Part shown: positions 37,406 to 45,477 of the stretch, piece after piece
Position numbering within the stretch: position 1 is the stretch's first letter
How the letters are laid out: each line of letters opens with the position of its first letter
Made by a program: the position numbers and the translations under genes
Notes under the pieces: model-generated
The model's database searches: none
Told to the model about the DNA's origin: nothing
What the model saw: only the letters and a program-made list of their open reading frames with translations
Assembly (NCBI GenBank): GCA_963775955.1
Contig: CAVZKT010000005.1
Coordinates: 7,422 to 71,421, forward strand
Reading direction: 5' to 3'
From: Candidatus Moraniibacteriota bacterium
Lineage (GTDB): Bacteria > Patescibacteriota > Minisyncoccia > Moranbacterales > UBA2206
Length of the DNA: 64,000 nt

Positions 37406-37825
37406 TTATTTCAGAAGTTTGCATGGCTGATCTAACATAAAAAGAGATGCGAGCCATTCCTCCGGGGTGTTTAGGCCCGTTCTTTCTTTAAAACTCCCGA
37501 CGATAGACAAAATTTCTGCCGCCGAATACATCTCTCCGACGATAAGGCCGTATTTTGTTTGACATAGGCCATCCCTGACTGAAATTGCGTTACTGCACGC
37601 TTCTTCTCTTTTCGGGCATATTACGTAAGGATTATCGCAAATATCATCCAGCCCGCCAACAATAAGAATCCTTTCTGATTGATTGAATATGACAGAGGCG
37701 TGAATCATGGCAGTGTAATTTTGAAATTGTTCGCCGTATTCCCTGAACAGATCCTCAAAATCTGAGAATCCCATAAGAAAAGACTGAGCAATATTGGATA
37801 TATGATGCGGCCTTAATTTAATCAT
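37406..37825 (-). CDS. DUF1284-like protein
   Basis: The MIKLRPHH N-terminus and overall size fit DUF1284. AAAGGAGATAG SD. Confidence 0.55.
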   Translation of the reverse strand: MIKLRPHHISNIAQSFLMGFSDFEDLFREYGEQFQNYTAMIHASVIFNQSERILIVGGLDDICDNPYVICPKREEACSNAISVRDGLCQTKYGLIVGEMYSAAEILSIVGSFKERTGLNTPEEWLASLFMLDQPCKLLK

Positions 37826-37869
37826 CTTCTATCTCCTTTATCTATAATTTTGTAAAGATCTGATAATAA

Positions 37870-37898
37870 AATATAGCAGGACAAATGCTTCCTGTCAA
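37870..37898 (-). promoter_or_regulatory. sigma-70-type promoter for the DUF1284 gene cluster
   Basis: On the minus strand: TTGACA (37898-37893), a 17 nt spacer, then TATATT (37875-37870). Confidence 0.5.
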
Positions 37899-38019
37899 GT
37901 TAATTTAAAGTCACTTTATGGAAATTGGTATAATTTATCCCAAAATTCTATATATTCCCGCTTGCCTTTTTTGCCCGTCTATGGAGGGTCAGGATTTTTT
38001 AGTAAGTAATTAATTGTGA

Positions 38020-38418
38020 TTATTTCCAATTCAGATAAGCAATAGTGAGCTGTAAGACGGTTGCGAAGGCAACCCAGACAAGATACGGGACTTGGACGCA
38101 GGCGATCCATTTGGCATGCGGATAAATGGCAATCATCGCCCAAATGAGTGTCGCGAGTACGAGCAGGATATCAATCGCCGCCAAAAAATTATTTTGCAAG
38201 CCGAATTGCAAGGGCGTAAAAGCAAAGTTAAAAATCAGATTAAGAATAAATGGCAGAGCCACAATAAACGCCAGCTGTCCCTTGGCGGTTTTATAAAATA
38301 CTGTGCCGAAAGAGATGGCGATTAGAATGTAAAGAAAGGTCCATACAGGCCCAAATAGCCAACTAGGCGGCGCCCAATCAGGTTTTATGAGTTGTTGGTA
38401 CCAGGAATATGTGTCCAT
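38020..38418 (-). CDS. tspO: TspO/MBR tryptophan-rich sensory protein
   Basis: 132 aa. WYQQLIKPDWAPPSWLFGPVWTFLY and five TM helices. Confidence 0.85.
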   Translation of the reverse strand: MDTYSWYQQLIKPDWAPPSWLFGPVWTFLYILIAISFGTVFYKTAKGQLAFIVALPFILNLIFNFAFTPLQFGLQNNFLAAIDILLVLATLIWAMIAIYPHAKWIACVQVPYLVWVAFATVLQLTIAYLNWK

Positions 38419-38507
38419 ATTTTTATTTAAGAATTTTATAACTTTTCAAACCGCCTTTTCAGGATTTTTTTGAATTTTATGCTCCTGAATCCGTAAATCT
38501 TTTCAGC

Positions 38508-38936
38508 CTATTTTCTGTAACTCCGTATTATTTCCAAACAATCTTCAAATGCCTCTGCTTTGCCACCAATAAATTCGTTTAACCCGAATTCTTCAATATT
38601 CTCACTCTCCCGTGGTTCTTCCTTCCATTCTTTGCGATAATTTTTCACTAATTTTGCAATATGCTTCTCTAAAGATTCGCCGGTAATTTTTTCCAGAAAT
38701 CCTTTTGCCATCAACTGAATAGTGTTTTCATATAAATTCTGTAAATTTTCCCACAATTCAAACGTCTGGTATCTATTGTCGGATTTTATCATTTTCCATT
38801 CTTCCGGTTCAATTTCCACAAAATCATCGTCTTCTTCGGTATATTCCTTACACATCACTAGAAACGGAAAGTAAAAGTTTTTGTGCCGATCTAAATATTT
38901 CAAAATTTTAATCGCCAGTTCTCTTGAAATTTTCAT
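38508..38936 (-). CDS. hypothetical acidic protein
   Basis: 142 aa, no recognisable motif. Lies directly downstream of the DpnI-like gene. Confidence 0.45.
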   Translation of the reverse strand: MKISRELAIKILKYLDRHKNFYFPFLVMCKEYTEEDDDFVEIEPEEWKMIKSDNRYQTFELWENLQNLYENTIQLMAKGFLEKITGESLEKHIAKLVKNYRKEWKEEPRESENIEEFGLNEFIGGKAEAFEDCLEIIRSYRK

Positions 38937-38994
38937 AAAATTGACCAGATTAATGTTTATTTCTGATCAATTGTTGATCGTTTCCAAGCTTGTG

Positions 38995-39806
38995 TCAAAT
39001 AGATAATTTATATTTGCCCGGGCTAACAAATGCAAGATAGCCTTTGTCGCGTAAAACTTGCAATTGCTGCCGCAATTTGTCTTTAATAAAATTATTGCCC
39101 GGATGTTTGATTTTCAATTCTCTTTCAAAAACATAAACTTCATCCAGAGAAAATTCTTTTTTGCCAATTTTGTCGATACAATTCATAGTGTCCAGAAGCC
39201 AACCCTTAATTCTGGTTTTTTTACTTTTTTCAAAAATGCGGTTTTTTGCCATTTCCGCAACACTTCTTTTTTAGAAGTCTCCTTACCATTTTCGACATAA
39301 AAAATTTTGCCCGAAGCTGGAATCTTAGAAAATAAAATATTAGAACCAATCCAACCAGCCCTTCGAGCATTTTCTGCCAGCATCTTTCTTTTCTCAATAA
39401 TTTCCGGAATAAAAAAATATTTAGGAACTACAAAAAAATCATTTACAAGTAACGCTGCCAAATAACCCATAAAAAAGAAATGTGGTTTTTGCCTAGAATT
39501 TAATCTTTCTATCATTTTTGAATAAGCGCCAGCTGGAATCTTCTTTCCTAGTTTTCCTTTTTTGGATTTTAACTCAAAATCTTCGGAACATTTCTTGCAA
39601 TAAAAATCTGCGACGGGCTTGTTATTTGCATAACTTTTAATTCTGTCTCCACAATTTGGACAGAAAATTTCTTGTTCAACCCAACTCTCAGTCAAAACTC
39701 TTGCAATCTGAGATTGACTTGTATATTTTATAGCTAAATTTTTATCTAAAGTTAATTCCATACAAAATATTAGACTTCCCCGCCTTGTGGATAACTCCAG
39801 TACCAA
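38995..39806 (-). CDS. DpnI-family methyl-directed (G-m6A-TC type) restriction endonuclease, one frameshift in an A-run
   Basis: MELTLDKNLAIKYTSQSQIARVLTESWVEQEIFCPNCG..PVADFYCKKCSEDFELKSKKG..ARRAGWIGSNI matches the DpnI catalytic domain almost motif for motif. ORF 38995..39252 (..IKGWLLDTMNCIDKIGKKEFSLDEVY..LRQQLQVLRDKGYL) is the DpnI winged-helix domain. The shift is near 39215-39235. The likely ATG is at 39761. Confidence 0.85.
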
Positions 39807-39836
39807 AGCGAGGCGCTTGACACGGGGCAGGCTTTA

Positions 39837-40016
39837 TTATTTACTCCAATAATCTCTGATTAAAATTCCCTTACTGACCCTGGTGACTTTCACCCTCTGG
39901 CGTTCGCGCCAGCCTAAGTCTTTAGCCATTTCAGCCGGCAGAGTTACCGCCAGACTCGTCTTCCCCACCCGGGTTATTTTCCTAACATTTTTTTCTTCAA
40001 TTTTTCTCCTGGTCAT
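39837..40016 (-). CDS. AbrB/MazE/SpoVT-type small DNA-binding protein, paralog 1
   Basis: 59 aa: MTRRKIEEKNVRKITRVGKTSLAVTLPAEMAKDLGWRERQRVKVTRVSKGILIRDYWSK. It has the looped-hinge-helix pattern (G..S..VTLP......LG). Below the ORF-track size cutoff. Confidence 0.7.
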   Translation of the reverse strand: MTRRKIEEKNVRKITRVGKTSLAVTLPAEMAKDLGWRERQRVKVTRVSKGILIRDYWSK

Positions 40017-40043
40017 AAATATATAATTAGTATTTATTAGTAA

Positions 40044-40067
40044 GTATTATAATACGTATTATAATAC
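40044..40067. promoter_or_regulatory. 24-bp perfect palindrome with embedded TATAAT boxes upstream of AbrB-like paralog 1
   Basis: GTATTATAATACGTATTATAATAC, 28 nt upstream of the ATG at 40016. Candidate promoter and operator. Confidence 0.55.
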
Positions 40068-40144
40068 CCCAGAAGTAAAGCATCTCAGTAGTACAACAGG
40101 GTTGACTACGGGACAAGTAGCTTACTACGGGGCAGGCGGGGTAA
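40067..40144. repeat. copy C (inverted, rearranged) of the hairpin-rich repeat
   Basis: CCCAGAAGTAAAGCAT...CTACGGGGCAGGCGGGG equals the reverse complement of the copy B core, with an expanded AAGC...GCTT stem. It is followed at 40137-40162 by a fragment matching the 3' end of AbrB-like paralog 2. Confidence 0.65.
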
Positions 40145-40165
40145 ACTTTGACGCGCGTGGCTTGA

Positions 40166-40456
40166 TTAAACAACGTTAAACTTTTTATTAAGCGATTCTT
40201 GCAGCATTTCCAGAGTAACTTTTACAGAAGGATTGCTGGTGTTTTTTAGCAGCAGCTTTTCTCCGTATTTTTCCAATAAAGGCGTCAAAAACTCATCTCC
40301 CCATGAAGGAGAAAAGGTTAATACTCCCGCAAAATCAATCTCAACGGCTTCGTCATTTTTCACATTTTTCAGCGCCGGCTGGAACGCCAAAAACGCCTCC
40401 TTCCCGGTCTGGCGGGAGATAAGCGTTGTGCCGAATTTTTTTAGCTCGATAATCAT
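40166..40456 (-). CDS. STAS-like protein (DUF4325 type)
   Basis: 96 aa. VEIDFAGVLTFSPSWGDEFLTPLLEKYG matches the DUF4325/anti-sigma-antagonist-like pattern. It starts 10 nt after the upstream ATPase gene. Confidence 0.7.
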   Translation of the reverse strand: MIIELKKFGTTLISRQTGKEAFLAFQPALKNVKNDEAVEIDFAGVLTFSPSWGDEFLTPLLEKYGEKLLLKNTSNPSVKVTLEMLQESLNKKFNVV

Positions 40457-40466
40457 AGTTAAATAG

Positions 40467-41189
40467 TTAATAAGAGATTAGGGCTAAACAGCCGCGAAAG
40501 CTGTCTTTTGAATCCGTTATTTTTAAATCAGGGCTCCCTCCGTTCAATTGCAGTTGGGCGTTGCCAGTCTGAAAAAATAAATTGATCGGATTTTGGGAAA
40601 TAATCTTTCTGACAAATTTCAATCCGTTCCCCCTGTTTTCCGGAGAGCGCCCGGAAATTATTTCAGTGAATGCCACTTTTAATGCTTGCACGTGGTTTTT
40701 CAAGTCGGGCTTGGCTCTTTTTAAGGTTTCTAAAATGCCCAGCCCCCGGTCCGCCAAAACTATCTGCTTTTTATTCAGGTCATAGCCAAAAAATACTCCG
40801 GGTGTATCCGGCCATTGCCCCAGATTGTGATCAAAGGAATTATTGCCGATTTCCCCGGCCATGGACACAATCAAGGAAAATATTTCCTTGGTCTTTTGAT
40901 TTTGCATCAGCAGGTTTTCCATTCTCACCAAGCGCGACTGAAAAACCGCGCTATTTTGGCAATACAGTTCTTCTGAAAAATTTTTTCCGGCAATGACCCA
41001 GGCACGGGCCATTTGCAACAGATCGCTTAAAAAAAATTCTATGTCCTCTTTTCTGTAATAGCGATGGCTTTTAGGTTGTTTTCTGATCGATAAAAGGCGT
41101 CCGGCTTCGTCCCACCGCCTAAGCGTCATAATGGAAACGCCCAATATTCTGGCTGCCTCACTGATAGGTATTAAATCATTTTTTTCCAT
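40467..41189 (-). CDS. MerR-type HTH fused to a GHKL (histidine-kinase-like) ATPase domain
   Basis: 240 aa. The N-terminus IPISEAARILGVSIMTLRRWDEAGRL is a MerR HTH. GHKL boxes follow: EIGNNSFDHN (N box), ADRGLGI (G1), NRGNGLKFV (G2). Confidence 0.75.
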   Translation of the reverse strand: MEKNDLIPISEAARILGVSIMTLRRWDEAGRLLSIRKQPKSHRYYRKEDIEFFLSDLLQMARAWVIAGKNFSEELYCQNSAVFQSRLVRMENLLMQNQKTKEIFSLIVSMAGEIGNNSFDHNLGQWPDTPGVFFGYDLNKKQIVLADRGLGILETLKRAKPDLKNHVQALKVAFTEIISGRSPENRGNGLKFVRKIISQNPINLFFQTGNAQLQLNGGSPDLKITDSKDSFRGCLALISY

Positions 41190-41209
41190 AAAATTTTCCC
41201 CCTACAGTC

Positions 41210-41237
41210 ATAATAGCAAATCTATACATTTTGTCAA
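41210..41237 (-). promoter_or_regulatory. candidate promoter flanked by ATGTATAG direct repeats
   Basis: On the minus strand: TTGACA (41237-41232), a 16 nt spacer, then TATTAT (41215-41210). ATGTATAG occurs on both sides of the -35 element. Confidence 0.35.
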
Positions 41238-41337
41238 TAAAGCTATACATTCTATTTTTAAATGCCTATTTTAAGCCATTTTTTACTCCTATAATCCCTG
41301 ATTTGTAACCCGCCCTGATTAAATAAAACATCTCTAT

Positions 41338-41496
41338 TTAACGGGGTAAACCTTTGATGCGCGTGACTTTCACTCTCTGTTTTTCGCGCCAGCCTAAATC
41401 CTTAGCCATTTCAGCCGGCAGAGTTACCGCCAAACTCGTCTTCCCCACCCGTGTTATTTTCCTTATATTTTTTTCCTCAATTTTTCTCCTGGTCAT
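41338..41496 (-). CDS. AbrB/MazE/SpoVT-type small DNA-binding protein, paralog 2
   Basis: 52 aa: MTRRKIEEKNIRKITRVGKTSLAVTLPAEMAKDLGWREKQRVKVTRIKGLPR. Nearly identical to paralog 1 for about 46 codons. The palindrome TAATACGTATTA lies at 41508-41519 upstream. Confidence 0.65.
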   Translation of the reverse strand: MTRRKIEEKNIRKITRVGKTSLAVTLPAEMAKDLGWREKQRVKVTRIKGLPR

Positions 41497-41651
41497 ACTC
41501 CTTATTTTAATACGTATTATAATACTTACCCTACCCCCATCCTACCCCATTAAAATCTTACAGTAAAGATCTAACGGGGCAAGCGCCAAAAAGACCCGGA
41601 AGTCAAATGAAAAAGGGAGCGTATTAAGATTGCTCCCTTCTTAAATATTAA

Positions 41652-42605
41652 TCAATTTTTTAAACTCTCTATTGACCTCCTGGCAATCGGAACCATTTCC
41701 TTAAAGTTTTTGCTCATATACCAGCCGATGGGTTTATGCGACAGATCATAGTAAGCAAAATACAAACTTGCTCCCAGCTTTTCATAATCTTTCGGCTTCA
41801 TGGCCCTCCATCCTCTTCTGCCCTCAAAAAAAATGCAAAGCATGGCGCAATAATCAGCTCCCTCTTTTATGATCAGCGGATTTTCATCTTCAAAACCTTT
41901 AATGAAATAATCAACGGCATAATAAGACTGCGGTATTTTGGCCATCATGCCCGACATCATCTGCGCCAGATAAAGACCGCACTGGAACAAATCTGTGCGG
42001 ATCATTTTTTTCTTAAGAAGCACGGAACAAATCTTGGCCGCCATAAGTTCTTTAAAATTCCCGCGCATGCAAAAAATTCCGTTTCGCTCCTCTCCGAAAA
42101 TCCTTTCTTGAAGCCCGACAGCCTGCTTAAGAAGATTATTAATATCATTTCCGCTAAAATCTTCTGCTTTTTCTCCCGCTTTTTATTGAAAAAGGCAATT
42201 TGCCAATGTTTCGGGGGGAGAACCTTATCCCGCCCTGTGTATAGCCCCGTCGGAGCCTCGTGCTCGTATAAATGCCCGGCGATCGCTATCGCTGAGAGGA
42301 GTTCGGAATTCGCGCACCATTCTTTTTTTTCCCGAACGGCTTATGCCGTGCACGATCTGCCAGAAGCGCCGTTCCTTTTTCTGCTCACGATGCCTTTTCG
42401 CCCGAGCTTCTTCAAAAAGAACAAGCTGAACATCCGGAAAATATTCCGGAGCAGCCGGAATGTTTTCCACATTAATAAACTTGCCATGATTAACATAATA
42501 ACCGCCCCCGGCAATGATACCCTCATGGATCCTGTCTCCCAATTCTTTCGAGATCTCAAAATCTTTAACAAACGACCTTCCATCCGGATAACCATCATTA
42601 CTCAT
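41652..42605 (-). CDS. hypothetical protein, either two genes or one gene broken by a frameshift (A8 run) and an in-frame TAA
   Basis: ORF 42225..42605 has a strong SD (AAAGGAGGTTATTGC-ATG). After ggaaaaaaaag (about 42325) the reading continues in another frame to a TAA at about 42195. The same frame then stays open into ORF 41652..42068. Confidence 0.4.
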
Positions 42606-42664
42606 GCAATAACCTCCTTTTTTTAAAAAAATTGGTTTTTATAGAACAAAAATTTTAACTTTTG

Positions 42665-42693
42665 ATTATATCAAACATAAGTTGTCTTGTCAA
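42665..42693 (-). promoter_or_regulatory. consensus sigma-70 promoter (TTGACA-17-TATAAT)
   Basis: On the minus strand: TTGACA 42693-42688, spacer 42687-42671, TATAAT 42670-42665. GGCGGGT x2 lies immediately upstream. The start codon is at 42605. Confidence 0.6.
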
Positions 42694-42700
42694 TACCCGC

Positions 42701-42799
42701 CTAAACCCGCCTATGTTCTTCTAAAAAATCCTTAATCCTTTGGAATATTTTTTCATGTCCTTTTGAATTTGGATGCAGCCCGTCTGTTAAATCATTAAT
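42701..42799 (-). pseudogene. C-terminal remnant of an SGNH/GDSL hydrolase gene
   Basis: INDLTDGLHPNSKGHEKIFQRIKDFLEEHRRV* contains the block V DxxH motif (DGLHPN). It is preceded by an in-frame stop and no upstream part is present. Confidence 0.6.
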
Positions 42800-42812
42800 T
42801 TACTTTTTCCAA

Positions 42813-43283
42813 TTAGTCCAAATCGCCTGTCGGCAGGCCTTTGTACGGACCGGGCAGTTTATCGCGTATCTTCCTTATCTCTTCCTTGGTTGGTTTCTCA
42901 TCGGCAGGACTTTTTTCAATATCCCTGTTTTCCTCTTTTCCGAACAAATGCAAATTTTTTTCTTTAATTTCGACGTCCATGACTAATGAGCTTAAACTAT
43001 ATCCTTTCTGCAAAAGTTTCTTCACCAGTATTTTTTTAACTGAATAAAAATCTTCCTCCTCGGAATCCCCAATAAACTTTTTGGTCAGCTCAATTATCTG
43101 ATTGCTATTTAATTCATCTTCTCTTTTTATTTTTTTCTTTTTTTCTTCTTCGTCAATAAATTTAATAATCCTATTTTCCAGGGTATTCTCCCTGGTTTCC
43201 TTTTCCAGCTCTTCCGGCGTTTTTCCCCGAGCCTTGAAGCGCTCTTTATCATCGCCATATAAATTCAGTTGCTCATATTTCAT
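42813..43283 (-). CDS. Lys/Glu-rich hypothetical protein
   Basis: 156 aa, charged and probably helical. It begins 17 nt after the stop of the 591-aa protein gene. Confidence 0.45.
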   Translation of the reverse strand: MKYEQLNLYGDDKERFKARGKTPEELEKETRENTLENRIIKFIDEEEKKKKIKREDELNSNQIIELTKKFIGDSEEEDFYSVKKILVKKLLQKGYSLSSLVMDVEIKEKNLHLFGKEENRDIEKSPADEKPTKEEIRKIRDKLPGPYKGLPTGDLD

Positions 43284-43299
43284 GTCTTTGCCTATTGTT

Positions 43300-45075
43300 C
43301 TAATTTGTTAGCTTAAGCTGGCCTTCCGGGTCCAACTCCGGCAGACCGCTGGCGTTTTCTCCGTTGTTTGCGTTTTCATCTTTATTTTTCTTAGCCTCCT
43401 CCTCCTGTTTCTGTTTTGCATCTTTTTCTCTTTGGCTCTTGAGTTTGGCGTCGTCACCCTTGTAATCATCTTCATCGTTATATTCTTTGTCCTGCACAGC
43501 ATTGGCTTTGATCGCGAGAGGCTTGGGGAGAAGATCTCCGCTCATAAAATTGGGTTTTCCGTTTTCTCCCCAGAGATTTTTGAGTTCCGCCGGGCCGGTC
43601 TGGGCGATAGCCTGGACTTGTTTCATTTGTTCCATCTGTTCCGGCGTGAAATATTGTTCCTGAAATCCGATGATTGCTCCGGCATCCCCGCTGTCTTTAA
43701 GCAGTATTCCGGTCATCGTCGTCGCGGCAGGAGTGCCAAAATCCTCAGTAAAATCTTTGTTGTCACTTTTCTGCCAGCGATATGTCCCGTCCTGGTCCTT
43801 GATAATCACCATCCCGCTTAATTTGTTTCCGTTGGTCCGGAACATCAGTCCGCTGTTGAAAGTTACCGCGATTGGAAAAGTCCCGCCCTCTTTCACATTC
43901 GTCAGGTCAAAATGAAGAATTTGCAGAGCCGTGCCCTCGCCGCCGGTTTTAGCTTTGAAGTCAATGAGCCCGTAAAGATCCGCCGATTTTTCTTCCTTAT
44001 ACAATTTCTGGTCTATGTCAGAAGCTAAGATCGAACCCTGGTAGACTTCCCACAGCGCCCTCCAGGCAGGCGGAGCGTCTTTATCCACATAGGCCTCCTC
44101 GCTTGTCTTATTTTCCGGCCATCCGGTGGAAATAACCTGCGTTTTATTTTTTGAATTGAGCTTATATGCCCCCTGCATAAAATTTAGGTTTACGGCTGTG
44201 TTATAAGTATCAAGCTGCATAATTGTATAACCCGCATTTTCTTTTTTCTTGCCGCAGTCCGTATAAAAGGCTTTAGCGAACTTGGCGTCCAAAGAATTAA
44301 ATCCCAGCTGCTGAACCGCTGCCCAGGCGGCAAGAAAATCATGGATTGATGCAGGGCTTTTATTGGCGCAAAAATCGCCAATTACCTTATCAGCCAGCTC
44401 TTTCATTTTGTTCCAAACCTTTTCCCAGCTGCCTCCTTGGTCTTCTCCACTCATATTTTCTCCCTGGATTTTTTTCAGCTCTTCTCCGACAGCGTTGCCC
44501 ATATCCTGATTTTCTCCATCCATGAAAGTCGGATGATAACTGTCAGATTCCGCTCCGCCGACTAAACTTGCGTGCAACAGAACTGTCTGGTAAGTATTTT
44601 CTGCCACTTTGACAGTCGGCAGTTGTTCCCATTGGCCGGTTTCCGGATGCCAATAGCCCAAGGAAAACCAAGGACTCGGATCTTTTTTGAGTTTTATTCT
44701 AAAACTTAAGGGCTGGTCAAAACTGTCCTGGCTTGGATCCAGCTGATACAGCCCGCCGACAACGCTTTCCGGCCACAAAGATTTGTCCGCCGCCGCTAGT
44801 TTCATTTTGAGTTTTTGGTTGGGATTGAAAATTTCCGCGCTACTGTCTTCCGTGGACGCGGCCAGCACATTCCCCGCCTGATTGCCGCTTTTCTGGATAA
44901 TGTTTTCTCCGCCGATTATTCTTTTAACCATTGATATCAGCGTCAGCGTTTTATCGCCGGAAATACCGCGCACAACACCGCCGACAATCGCCAGCACAAT
45001 AAATACCGAAAATAAAATCAGAAATATTTTAAGCAAAACCTTGCCCGCTCCCTTTTTTTCATTTTTTGTTTCCAT
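43300..45075 (-). CDS. large membrane-anchored extracytoplasmic hypothetical protein
   Basis: 591 aa. An N-terminal TM anchor (LLKIFLILFSVFIVLAIVGGVV) and a charged C-terminal tail. No family recognised. Confidence 0.55.
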   Translation of the reverse strand: METKNEKKGAGKVLLKIFLILFSVFIVLAIVGGVVRGISGDKTLTLISMVKRIIGGENIIQKSGNQAGNVLAASTEDSSAEIFNPNQKLKMKLAAADKSLWPESVVGGLYQLDPSQDSFDQPLSFRIKLKKDPSPWFSLGYWHPETGQWEQLPTVKVAENTYQTVLLHASLVGGAESDSYHPTFMDGENQDMGNAVGEELKKIQGENMSGEDQGGSWEKVWNKMKELADKVIGDFCANKSPASIHDFLAAWAAVQQLGFNSLDAKFAKAFYTDCGKKKENAGYTIMQLDTYNTAVNLNFMQGAYKLNSKNKTQVISTGWPENKTSEEAYVDKDAPPAWRALWEVYQGSILASDIDQKLYKEEKSADLYGLIDFKAKTGGEGTALQILHFDLTNVKEGGTFPIAVTFNSGLMFRTNGNKLSGMVIIKDQDGTYRWQKSDNKDFTEDFGTPAATTMTGILLKDSGDAGAIIGFQEQYFTPEQMEQMKQVQAIAQTGPAELKNLWGENGKPNFMSGDLLPKPLAIKANAVQDKEYNDEDDYKGDDAKLKSQREKDAKQKQEEEAKKNKDENANNGENASGLPELDPEGQLKLTN

Positions 45076-45184
45076 TTTATTTTTTAATATTTATTAAAAT
45101 ATTTTATTTACATTATTCGCCAGCGAACATCTGCCTATATCCTAATTTTACGCTAAGACGCCCCCGGGATCAAATAAATGCGGG

Positions 45185-45477
45185 TTATTTGAGTTTTATT
45201 TCCTTTACCGCGCCTTCGCCCAGTTTTTTCTTCAGTTTTCGCAAAATTAAATTCTTATTAAGCCACAGTTCCGAGGCCCAGGCGGAACTTTCGGATTTGA
45301 TATGCAGAATATTTTTGCCGAAATAGTCCGGCTTCAGATTGGCGGCGCCGACATTGCCGAATTCTTCCTGGATGACTTTTTTAAAAACGTAAAAAATATC
45401 CTTGTCGTTCAAGGCTGTTTGGCGCGGAACTTCGCCTCGCTCATTTTTTTGCTTAAAAGGCTTTTAATTGATTTCAT
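45185..45477 (-). CDS. DUF721 (DciA-like) protein, one frameshift
   Basis: MKSIKSLLSKKMSEAKFRAKQ / LNDKDIFYVFKKVIQEEFGNVGAANLKPDYFGKNILHIKSESSAWASELWLNKNLILRKL fits the DUF721 pattern (..L.v.v.ss.wa.eL......i...l). The ATG overlaps the stop of AbrB-like paralog 3 (ATGA). Confidence 0.6.

Noticed and set aside
35341-40144. Interpreting repeat copies A/B/C as integron attC sites and the island as a cassette array
   Set aside because: No integron integrase, attI or GTTRRRY-type core sites are visible. The copies share extensive primary sequence, unlike typical attC sets, and most island genes lack such flanks.
41736-42626. 296-aa plus-strand ORF
   Set aside because: It is antisense to minus-strand genes that have strong SD sequences and a consensus promoter. 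Its composition looks like a shadow frame and it has no start context.
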